Shown here: piece after piece, positions 12,501-22,597 of the stretch
How the letters are laid out: every line of letters begins with the position of its first letter
Numbering within the stretch: position 1 is the stretch's first letter
Assembly (NCBI GenBank): GCA_964016885.1
Contig: OZ024741.1
Coordinates: forward strand, 406,286,001 to 406,350,000
Length of the DNA: 64,000 nt
Reading direction: 5' to 3'
Source of the DNA: Eledone cirrhosa
Taxonomy: Eukaryota
Notes under the pieces: generated by a model
Told to the model about the DNA's origin: nothing
What the model saw: the letters and a program-made list of their open reading frames with translations, nothing else
The model's database searches: none
Program-made: the position numbers and the translations under genes

Positions 12501-13096
12501 GTAAGCCTTACTTGCCGGTAAGAACAAGTTGAGCTTCCAGTAACCGGGTCCCTGTCTATGAGTTCTGTCAAGGTTGACCATGCAGGTCACTAATTTGTGG
12601 TCTGAATAGCCAACCATGCGCATTTTTGGACAACTTAAAAAGTCCTTATCCTTAATTCTAACTAAGAACCTATCTAGGTACGACCTGGATGATCCGCTAC
12701 GATTTGCCCAAGTCCAGGTTGGTGCAGTCGGAAAATCTAGTCGATATCTATCGACCAGGTCAAATCGACCGATTAACCATTTGAGGCTATTACACCCCTC
12801 TCTATCGGGACAGGCCCCTACGTAGTCCCAGCGTGCATCTAGGATACCATTCCAGTCCCCCACTAATAGCAAGGAGCGGGACGTCCCTAGAAAAGTCTCC
12901 AGACGATGGAAGAAGTCCGGCCGCATTGACCCGAAAGGGCCGTAGGCGGCTACCAACCTAAACGCTCCGCCTTTACCACTGCCAAGGTCCAGAACCACTA
13001 GTCGACTCTCCGGGTCCAAATGTACCATCTGTGTTGCGAGACCCAGATGTTTTTGCAGCAGAACGACAACCCCACCCCCACCTCCGGGCTGACAGA
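9578..13096 (-). mobile_element. Tx1-like copy D (5'-truncated within APE domain, ~3.5 kb)
   Basis: Continuous ORF2 frame plus 3' UTR, bounded by (TAGG)n and (TAGA)n. Confidence 0.93.
9840..13096 (-). pseudogene. ORF2 of copy D: partial AP endonuclease, reverse transcriptase, zinc knuckle
   Basis: GDWN and SDH (APE); FRPITLLN, DQSKAFDRV, IRQGCPLS (RT); catalytic motif reads YAED rather than YADD; only stop is the in-frame TGA at 10245-10247, after which the frame continues to 9840. Confidence 0.88.
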
Positions 13097-13124
13097 TAGA
13101 TAGATAGATAGAGAGCTAGGTAGG

Positions 13125-13169
<45 letters not shown>
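13097..13169. repeat. (TAGA)n tract between copies D and E
   Basis: Direct reading. Confidence 0.95.
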
Positions 13170-13170
<1 letters not shown>

Positions 13171-13494
13171 TGTTTCTTTTATTTGCCACAAGGGCATCAA
13201 GAGTGGGACAAGTACAATGGGGGGAGTTTACAAAACAAGGCGTCCTCAATAGGGAGGAGGCAATAACAATATATAAAAATAAAATAAAATATAACAAAAA
13301 ATAGAATTATAACAAAATCCTCAATAGAGGATTTTGTTATAAAATATAACAAAAAATAAAATTTATAACAAAATCCTCAATAGAGAGGAGGCGCCTTGGG
13401 GGGTCGCCCCCCCCCCCCCCCCGAAAAAAGTGTGCAACCCTTTTCCTCAGGAGCACAGAGAGGGGGTGCTCCCTCGTTCCTTCCTCTTCTCCAC

Positions 13495-16400
13495 CTACAG
13501 GCTTATGTAAAGAGAAGGCCCATTCACACGGGCCATTCTCGCCACTTTCACCCACCTTTCATAAAAACGACTGGGGTGCAGCACCTCTCTCTCCATCCTG
13601 ATCCTTCTTCCGAAATGATATCGGAAGAAACGGACCAGTTGTTGGCCAGAGAGAAAGGTGCCTGACCTCAGTCCTTTCAGACGCGTCCACCATACAACCT
13701 CTTTCGCCATGGCTATTACGCACAGAAACACCGCCTCTGCTTCATCTTTGAAGGGGGGAGGCGGCTTGATCATTACAATAGACTCGGTGGTCAACCGGAT
13801 CGGTCCCATCCTTGACAGCAGTTGTTCGACATAGCCCCACAGATCGGCTACGCCCGAGTAGTGTACCAATGCGTGTGCAACGGTTTCCTCGTCGCACACT
13901 CATCTGGGACAGATCTTTTTGGCGGGGTCCCTACCCGGGCGCCCGTGTCTGTAGAGCCTTTCTCGAACGGGTAAAGCTCCTCGGTAGCACTGCCAGGCCA
14001 GGGACTTGTGGAAGTTGTCCATAGGTCCCGGGCTGAATGTCCTACCGAACAGGCTGGCCAGTTCGTCCTCCTCCATGTCTAGGGCTTCTCCGAGGGCGTC
14101 GTCGCACCTGCTGCGTACCAGCCCTCTATAGAATGTTGCGGTGGAGTCTCCACTGATAACCGGATCCGCCTGCCAGAGGGCGGTGAGCGCCTGGGAACAC
14201 TCAGTGTGCCAGGCGCCCAGTTTTCTAGGTCTTTGCTTGACCCAGGATTGCAGCTCGGTGAGTGAGACGAGTCTGGGAAAGGTTCGTCTCACAAACGAGG
14301 CCCACACCGGTTGTCCGGTGAGGAATACGTAGAGGTGCCGTAGCCTTAATGCGTGTTTACGCATCATTAGCCACGGCATCCCCAGCCCTCCTTTCGAAGG
14401 GTGTTGACAGCAGATGGATCTCCTCACCATAGGAGCCCGCCTCTTCCAAAGGAATTGGAAGAGCGCGCGCTCCATCTTGGTGAGGGTTTCCCTTGGGCAG
14501 GGCACTACGGTCAGGCGGTAGTAGATGACGGACGCTATGTAGGTGTTCGCCACCTCCGCCCGACCTTTCAGGGATAGTTTGCAACTGGCCCACTTCTGGG
14601 TCAGTGCAATCACCCTGTTCGTAACCTCCGCCCAGTTTTTCTCCACCTGGAGGTCCGGTCCGAACCAGACCCCGAGCAACTTCACCGGGCCCTCCGTCCA
14701 GCGTCCGACGACGCCATCGGAGGGCATCGGTCTGCCCCTCCACGTGCCGAGTTGCAAACCGATCGACTTGTCCCGGTTCAGCTTAGCCCCGGTGAACTTT
14801 TCGTACTCCTCCAGTAAGGTGCTGACCGGCTCGATTTCGGAGGCCGTCGACACCATTACTGTCACGTCATCGGCGTAGGCGTAGGCCGACACCGCTTTCC
14901 GCAATCCCGATTCCAAAGGGATGCCCTGCAACAACTCCAACTTCCGCAGTAGTGGCTCGAGTGTCAACACATACAGAAGGGAGGAGAGAGGGCACCCTTG
15001 TCGGATGGACCGCGCGATTTTGAACGGCTCCGAGAGGTAGCCGTTCACCTTGACCCTAGAGCAGATGTGGCTGCTGTGCATAGCAGTGATCCAGCCCCTG
15101 AAAACGGGTCCGAAGCCTGCCGCCGCTAGCACCGCATCCAGGTAACCATGGTCGACCCTATCGAACGCCTTAGATTGATCCAAGTTGATCAGAGCCCCAC
15201 CAAAGCCGGGTTCGTTCCCAACCCTCTCTATGATGTAGCACATGAGGTGGAGGTTGTCATGGATGGACCTGGACGGGATAGCGCATGTCTGCGCATCTCC
15301 CACCAGGTTGCCCACGACAAGCGCCAACCTCTTTGCTAGCACCTTGGCCAAAATCTGTAACTCTGTATTTAGCAGAGTTATGGGCCTGAAGTTACTTATT
15401 TCGTCCCCCTTGTTCTCGTCCTTCCTCATTAGCGTGACTACGCCCTTGGTCACAGTACAGGGAATTCTCCCGTTCTGTTGCCAGTTGCAGTAGACCGCCT
15501 CGAGGAGATCGGGGAACAAGTCCGGCATAGCTAGATATAATTCGTAAGGAAGACCATCGAGACCCGGGGATTTGCGTTTGCCGCATTGGCTCAGCACGTC
15601 CTCTATCTCAGCGGCCGAAATCGGCTCCTCGCAGGACTTCGCCTCCCTGTCCGAGAGACGCGGCAGGCCGTCGAGGTATGGACCGAAGTCCACGTTCCCA
15701 ACCGGCTCCCCGCCCCTCCCGAACAGTCGGGCAAAGTGCCTTTGAAAGGCCTCACACATCTGCTTAGGCTCAAGAATCGCCCGTCCATCCAGGTCTCGCA
15801 AAGACCGGATGGTGGATTTAGTTCCACTGTTGGCCTCTGTCACGCGGGCCCAGCTAACAGCTTTGGTCCCCTCGTTCCCTAGAGCACGTATTTTACTTCG
15901 GACAACGCAGCCTTCGTGCTTCGCGTCGAAAAACTGGCTCAAAGCTGTTCTCGTCGCTAGCACTCTGGCCACGTCGCCGCTTCTAATTGCCTCTTCTACT
16001 CTATCTATTAGCTCCCTTTCCTTCCTATTCCTATCCGCAGCTAGAACCTTACTAAATTCTATCGAGACTACTCTAATCTCTCTCTTTAGAGATACCCACC
16101 ACCTGCTGTTGACGATCGCTCCAGTCAACCGTTCCTTAACTAACGTACTAATCCGATTCCTGTAGGCTCTACTTGCCGGCAAGGACAAGTTGAGCTTCCA
16201 GTAACCGGGGCCCTGTCTATGAGTTCTGTCAAGGTTGACCATGCAGGTCACTAATTTGTGGTCTGAATAGCCAACCATGCGCATTTTTGGACAACTTAAA
16301 AAGTCCTTATCCTTAATTCTAACTAAGAACCTATCTAGGTACGACCTAGATGATCCGCTACGATTTGCCCAAGTCCAGGTTGGCGCAGTCGGAAAATATA

Positions 16401-16938
16401 GTCAATATCTATCGGCCAGGTCAAATCGACCGATTAACCCTTTGAGGCTATTACACCCCTCTCTATCGGGGCAGGCCCCTACGTAGTCCCAGCGTGCATC
16501 TAGGATACCATTCCAGTCCCCCACTAATAGCAAGGAGCGGGACGTCCCTAGAAAAGTCTCCAGACGATGGAAGAAGTCCGGCCGCATTGACCCGAAAGGG
16601 CCGTAGGCGGCTACCAACCTAAACGCTCCGCCTTTACCACTGCCAAGGTCCAGAACCACTAGTCGACCTTCCGGGTCCAAATGTTCCATCTGTGTTGCGA
16701 GACCCAGATGTTTTTGCAGCAGAACGACAACTCCACCCCCACCTCCGGGCTGACAGAGAGATGCGTGCATCTCAAAGTCATCAAAGGTGGGGGCCAGCTG
16801 TCGCACGTTGCTGATCCGGGCCTCGCAAATAACCATCACATCTATACGTTGTGACCTGAGGTCATTTAGAAGCATTGCTTGCTTCCAAGTTGAGCCCAGG
16901 CCACGCGCATTTAAACAGCCTACTCTTAGCATAGCCAT
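13495..16938 (-). pseudogene. Full-span ORF2 of copy E (1148 codons): APE-RT-zinc knuckle
   Basis: Starts MAMLRVGCLNARGL (APE N-terminus); one frame throughout with two in-frame TGAs (16402-16404, CGA in copy D; 13900-13902, at knuckle Cys); AYAYADD shows a 6-bp duplication at the active site. Confidence 0.88.
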
Positions 16939-16962
16939 GTTGGTGGTGAAGAGAAAAGGCAC

Positions 16963-17209
16963 TTACCTCTCTGCGTCCCGGGTATCGGGCTGCACAATTT
17001 CCATTAGGGTGGGGGATGGGTTGTTGGGTGGGGTGGTGGTTTGTGGAAGTGTGGGGGCATCAGTGTGTTGTGTGGTTGGGGAGCTTGGAGTTGTGTGGGT
17101 GTTTGGGGAGGGGGTGGGATAGTTTTTTAGGAGGACGCGGTTAATGGGCCCGACGCAGGGGGGACCCACGTCCTCTTTAAAATTGTTTTTTAAAGTTTTA
17201 TAGGTGTCC

Positions 17210-17210
<1 letters not shown>
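16963..17210 (-). pseudogene. Probable C-terminal remnant of ORF1 of copy E (Pro/Thr-rich)
   Basis: Open frame ending 24 nt upstream of the ORF2 ATG; assignment is positional only. Confidence 0.5.

Positions 17211-17282
<72 letters not shown>
17210..17282. repeat. (TAGA)n microsatellite
   Basis: Pure repeat at the 5' flank of copy E. Confidence 0.97.
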
Positions 17283-17294
17283 CAACAACAGTTT

Positions 17295-17342
17295 TTCAGC
17301 TGAGTATAGTGGAGCAACGGGAAATGCAGTGTGTTGCTCACA
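17295..17342 (-). mobile_element. Possible short SINE fragment
   Basis: Minus strand TGAGCAACACACTGCATTTCCCGTTGCTCCAC resembles the post-tRNA segment of cephalopod SINEs; recognition only. Confidence 0.35.
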
Positions 17343-17430
17343 CAATTTTGATCACACATGTATTCTGGTGATGTGATCTAAACTGGGCCTTGAAACCTTG
17401 GGTAACGCTTTCGTTCTGTGTATGAACATA

Positions 17431-17481
<51 letters not shown>

Positions 17482-17777
17482 GGTTTGTTGGATAGAACTG
17501 GTCATTCCGTATAGTCAACCGTGATGTAATATTAGGAAAAGCACTCGACGTATTGCAACTCACCCGTCTTTGTTTATGCTGAATCTTGTTGGTGGTGCGA
17601 AAACGGAGTAAAATGACTGGTAAAATTCCTTAAATATTTATTACAAACACTATGCACTTTTCAATGACCAGGTTCTGCAGGAACCCGGTAACATCATCAG
17701 GTGTTACGAAATTTATCTAATAAAGGAATATAACAATGGTAGACACAGTCCAAGGGGCTGAAAAATATGTATATATA

Positions 17778-18050
17778 CAGAGAGAGAGAGGGGGGGGGTA
17801 GAGAGAGATAGAGAGAGGGTAGTGAGAGAGAGATTAGAGAGAGAGACAGAGACAGAGAGAGGGGTAGAGAGAGACAGTGAGAGAGAGAGAGACAGAGAGC
17901 GACAGAGACACAGAGAGAGAAGGGCAGAGAGAGAGAGACAGAGAGGGGGGTAGTGAGAGAGAGAGAGAGAGAGAGAGGGGGTAGAGAGAGAAAGAGAGAC
18001 AGGGGGTAGTGAGAGAGGGGGTAGAAAGAGAGAGAGGGTAGTGAGAGAGG
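17778..18050. repeat. (GA)-rich low-complexity tract
   Basis: Direct reading; GAGA/GACA/GGGGTA mosaic. Confidence 0.92.
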
Positions 18051-18419
18051 TGGTATTTGACTCCGTGTGTAAGCGTGAATGTTGTATGAATGTGAGCCTG
18101 TGTGGCCCCGCGTTCATGTGTTTGACACAGAAAACTATATGAAATGCTAAATGAAGCGATACGTAGCTCACATATTTTCTCGAAAGTTCTCTACATTTAA
18201 TACTATTTGGTTTAAGAAGTTTTATTTTGAATAATCACAAAAGAAGAAAATATCGACTTAAGAAGGTGTAACAGAGCGTGAACCTAAGAGAAATGTCTTT
18301 GATGGTGTTTCTTATGGAGGAACAAAAATGTAATCTTAACCATGAATATATCAGTGATGTTTCTTCATGAAACAGTCCGCGAACATATTGTCTAACATCA
18401 AATATACTGGCTTGTACGT

Positions 18420-18518
18420 ACACACACACACACATATATATACATATATATGTATATATATGTATATATATGTATATATATATATATATATGCATATGTA
18501 TATATATATATATGTATG

Positions 18519-18579
<61 letters not shown>

Positions 18580-18590
18580 ATGTATGTATA
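18420..18590. repeat. Compound (CA)/(TA)/(TG) microsatellite
   Basis: Direct reading. Confidence 0.93.
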
Positions 18591-18712
18591 AAAATTTCGT
18601 ATTTCTAAAGAAACACGGTTTTAGGAAGGCGTAGATATGCAAACACCGATGTTTGCATATCTACGCCTTCCTAAAACCGTGTTTCTTTAGAAATACGAAA
18701 TTTCTATACATA
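18583..18712. repeat. 130-bp inverted repeat (63-bp arms, CCGA loop)
   Basis: 18583-18645 is the reverse complement of 18650-18712 with one mismatch seen. Confidence 0.92.
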
Positions 18713-18745
18713 TTTCTATAACGCTATGTTTGAAGCGAAATGCTA

Positions 18746-18751
<6 letters not shown>

Positions 18752-18813
<62 letters not shown>
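18752..18813. repeat. (TA)n microsatellite
   Basis: Direct reading. Confidence 0.97.
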
Positions 18814-18815
<2 letters not shown>

Positions 18816-19024
18816 CGTTTCTGAATTTGTTTAGCAAGATTTTTTTATCTGAAATCGTGTGTTGAAACCGATATTGTTATACTTTGGGAGGGTCATGTTG
18901 CCAATAAGAAACACACGCACCATTGTTTCACTTCAATTTATTATAATAAATTTATAATAAATTTATAAATTTATAAATTTCTGGTTGGTTGGTTGGTTCC
19001 ACAACCAGATAGTTGTTTATATAT

Positions 19025-19069
19025 AGTCATAGTTCTTTCGTCACACACTCTGTGACCTCTTCAGTGACT
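19025..19069 (-). ncRNA. Minimal type I hammerhead ribozyme in PLE 3' pLTR
   Basis: AGUCA-CUGAAGA-G-GUCACA(GAGUG)UGUGAC-GAAA-GAAC-UA-UGACU: 5-bp stem I, 6-bp stem II, 2-bp stem III, CUA triplet. Confidence 0.8.
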
Positions 19070-19115
19070 GGGGATTCCTTTCTTTGTTTCTGTGCCTCTC
19101 CTTTGTTCTGTCCTA

Positions 19116-19173
19116 CGCCATTTTGTTTCTGTGTGTGTGTTGTGTGCTCAGTCTGCGCATGCGCCACATCCGG
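19116..19173 (-). promoter_or_regulatory. Candidate pLTR promoter motif cluster (ETS-like, NRF1-like, YY1-like)
   Basis: Minus strand CCGGATGT (19166-19173), GCGCATGCGCA (19154-19164) and CAAAATGGCG (19116-19125) within 60 bp upstream of the hammerhead. Confidence 0.45.
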
Positions 19174-19269
19174 GTGTCTGTGTGTGTTTATGTTCATTTA
19201 TTTATTTGTTTATTTACATGTTACTGGTTGGTTGTTTGTTCTATGTGTGTGTGTGTTTTCATTTTGTCC

Positions 19270-22200
19270 TTAATTGTAAGTTGTGATGTTGCTGTTCCAC
19301 TCATATTTTCTATTTAATTTTGGTTGTAATTCTTTTATGTAATTTGTCTAAACATTGCGTCTTTTCTGTGTGTAGATTCTATTTTTATTTCTGTTCTCTA
19401 ATTTACCCTTGTGTTCTATTTTAGCATGTTGGTAGAGTACAGATGATTCTTTATTATCTTGAAGGTCTCGCCAGTGTTCATTTATCCGTTCCCCTACACT
19501 ACGGGCTGTCTCACCTATGTACACTATATTTTTGTCTCTACATTATCCTTCAGTACATCTTATGCTATACACTACATTTCTAGTTTTACAGTTAATATGG
19601 GGGCTTATTTTACAGGTTATACATTTCTTATCTATACATGAGGGTTCTTGAAAAGGGTATGTCTTGCTAATCAGTGTTTTTACGGAGGTACCTGGTCTTT
19701 CTACTATCTTAATATTGAGTTTATGTTTATTTAGGGCCCTTCTAAATTTGTAAGCTAATTCACCTCTAGGGGTTGTATCGATGAACATTACACTCTGGTA
19801 TTTATTGCTATCATACTATGAGTTTATTCTATTAGCCTTGTTCCTAGTTCTTTCTATTCTATTCCAAAATTTGCTCCTATACAAGGGGCAGGTCCCATTT
19901 ATGTCATTATTTACCATTTTTTCCCATTTGGTTCTGGCTCCTCTATACACTCTGATTTTATCTCTCTGATTGTAGCCAGAGAACTGCATACGGTGGATGA
20001 AGTGTTGTATGTGTCTCTCTAGTTCTTCGGGGTTGCACATGCGGGACACATTTCTCATCACCCGTACCAAATCCGCAATCAGTATGTTGATTTTGGTATG
20101 GTCCGAAACGGCCGAGTTTCGGTGGAACAGATGTTTGGAAGTCATGGGTTTGGCATAATGGGAATGGAGGATTTGTTTTTTGTTGTTAATGGTATCTAAC
20201 CAGAGCTCTGTGTCTGGTACAGGTAATCGATTGTTGGGGTGTTTACTTGGGTAGTCTATAGTAACTCTAATGCTCTGGTGGATGGAGTTTGCTATTTGCT
20301 GGATGCTTTCTATTGTGTTTTTCTCTAGTTCCTGACTGTTCTCTAGTGGGGGTGTCTTAACTACGATGTTTATATCATCTACGTAGCGGGAGTACATTAT
20401 CAGGGTTAAGGGGTCTTCTAATTGTTCTTTAAGTTTAAGTTTAAGTCTACTGTCCCACCATACCATGAATAAGTTAGCTATGTCGCCTGCAATGCTAACA
20501 CCAATGGCTGCTCCCTCCTCTTGGGCATATGTTTTTCCATTAAATTTCAACATATGTTCCTTAAGGGTTAGTTTTATGCTGGCCCCTACCGCATGTGCAA
20601 TCATTTTCTTCAGTTCATCGTGGTTTTCGGGTGTCCGTATGGCTCTGGTCCACCCGTTCCATCTATCTGTGTGGGTTTTCTTGGCCATTGAGGTAATGGT
20701 AGGTGGTCATATGTGTCTAGGTAATTATTACTATAGGTAAGCCTAAGTAAGAGTCCCAGCTCACTGTCAATCCCACGGAACTCAACCTGGCTCTCACTGA
20801 TCATTTCTACGCATTTCTCCACAGCAAAACCCACGTCAATAGATGGATACAGGGACACAACATCCATACTGCCTATTATGCAGTTTGTTAGGTCCCCAGA
20901 TCGGTTACTCGCGCCGATTCTGCTGAGGAGGTCCTCCGTGCTGTCACATACATCTGGGGACATTTCAATGATGGGGCGTATGATCAGGGAGAGGAAGTAG
21001 GACAGTCTGTAGTTACTAGCAATGTTAGCTCCACAGACTGGCCGTGTTGGTGGTCCCGCGACAGGGTCACAGCCCGTTTTATGGTCTTTTCGAAGCCCAT
21101 ACAACGCCGGCACGTCATTGTTCCAGGCCTGGAAGTTGTTGGCAGTCCTTTTGTTGGGCTGCATTATATTCGTCCACATCACCATATGGGCATTGAGGGC
21201 TTTTTCTCTATCCTCATGCTCCTGTGGTGTTACCTCTCTTGTGTTAGTGATGTGGGGTTGCATTGCCTGGATGTAGTTTGGCAGGCTGTCAACCGACATT
21301 CTGCCAGACTTGTCTGTTGGAAAGCATGCTATCTCTCCATTACGTGAGCGCTGCATGAGCTTACGCAAGCCATTTGCAGATTTTTTTCTCCCAGCTGCTG
21401 GGCCTCCATTCTATTATGCTTCTTGCTATACTGTTCTATAATATTTCTAAGTTCGGATCTAGCTATACTAAATTGTGCTTGTGTTTGTTCATCGACCTGC
21501 GACGGCAATTGCGTGCGTTTGTTAAATGGTAAAGTCGTGGCGTGGACTCGTCGCAGCTCGAATGATTTATCGGAGGGATTATAAAACGTAGAGTTCCAGG
21601 CTGCTGCTTTATGTGTACTAGTGCTATTGTTATTGTTAGTTGTGTTGTTTCTATTTCTATTTCCACCAACAGCCTTATGGTTGTTTCTATGTCTCTCACA
21701 ATTACTCCTGTCTCTTACCACTGGCTCATTGTTGTTATCTACCCTATTTTGTGTGTCTGTGTGTTCGTCTTGGTTATTCTCTTTGTCCTTAGTATCCCTT
21801 CTCTTTTTAATCCTATTACTTTCCCTTATTTCTGTGATTTCTGTGCTACTGTCATTACTTGTTTTCTGTGTCTGTGTGTTTGTTAAGATTGTGGTGGTGG
21901 TGAGAGGCATTGAATGTGTGTGTGTTGTTGTTGTTGATGTGTGCTGTTGTTGATGTGTGTTGTTGTTGTCTCCGTGTGTGTTATTGTTGTTGTGTGTGTT
22001 GTTATTGTTGTTTGTGTCTGCGTGTCTGTTGTTGTTTCTGGGTATGTTGTTATTGTTGTAGTTGTTGGTGTGTGTGTTGTTGTTATTGTTGTTTGTGTCT
22101 GTGTGTCTGTTGTTGTTGGGATGTGTGTTGCATATGTGTGTGCGTATATTGTTGCTTTTGTTTTTGATTTTGTTTTTGAGGCTCCAGCGTAGTTTTGTAA

Positions 22201-22572
22201 ATGATTTTTCTATTTCTGACAGACAACTAATCATATTTACCTTCTTGAATGTCGCAAATTTCGGGGGTAAACATAACACAGACATCTCATCGTCATCTAT
22301 TCTTGTGTTACCGTATATATTTGTGTTGTTGTTGTTGTTAAACTCTTCTGTTAATGAGGTGTCGGCCATATTTATACCGTCAATTTTGTCGGGATATCTA
22401 TTGGTATTCTCTATAGTATCCTGATTTAGCTTTATCTGCTTAAGCCACTTTAGTTTCTTGTTAAAGTGCTTATCACATTCTTGAGTAATGAACTGTTCTT
22501 CAGGGCGTATAAGGCTTATAAATATTAGTTTCTCTCTTGGTGTGGTGATCCTAGCTATTTCTTGCATTAGGT
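19270..22572 (-). pseudogene. PLE polyprotein: N-terminal domain, reverse transcriptase, Cys-rich linker, GIY-YIG endonuclease
   Basis: VLCLPPKFA; PTDKSG; LYGLRKDHK..PPTRPV; SMDVVSLYPSI; QEEGAAIG; RYVDD; KIVERPG..C..C..C..NC; NVVYSIRC..YIGETARSVGERINEH (read manually past the TAA at 19543-19545). Frameshifts near 21350, 20700 and 19380; in-frame TAG at 19816-19818. Confidence 0.88.
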
Positions 22573-22597
22573 AACCTAATACAAGAAATAGCTAGGA
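22549..22597. repeat. 49-bp fold-back palindrome at PLE/satellite junction
   Basis: TCCTAGCTATTTCTTGCATTAGGT-A-ACCTAATACAAGAAATAGCTAGGA; 24-bp arms, one mismatch. Confidence 0.92.

Larger units (their letters stand above)
13170..17210 (-). mobile_element. Tx1-like copy E (~4.0 kb; complete ORF2 span plus end of ORF1)
   Basis: Highly similar to copy D but extends further 5'; bounded by (TAGA)n on both sides. Confidence 0.93.
18960..22597 (-). mobile_element. Penelope-like retroelement (probably Naiad-like), 5'-truncated and decayed
   Basis: RT plus C-terminal GIY-YIG coding remnants, hammerhead in the 3' region, inverted duplication at the 5' end. The 3' boundary is approximate. Confidence 0.88.

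Noticed and set aside
16402-16404. Second TGA in copy E as a recoding site
   Set aside because: Copy D has CGA (Arg) here, so this is a simple CpG transition.
4032-17122. Plus-strand ORFs repeated among LINE copies as antisense genes
   Set aside because: They are shadows of the GC-rich ORF2 and recur only because the copies are homologous.
17713-19320. Short Leu/Ser- or Cys/Val-rich ORFs
   Set aside because: Low-complexity GA/TG sequence with no recognisable domain.
19543-19818. Selenocysteine recoding in the Naiad-like PLE
   Set aside because: The in-frame stops are TAA and TAG (the latter at a probable Trp), not TGA at Cys; with several frameshifts this is ordinary decay.
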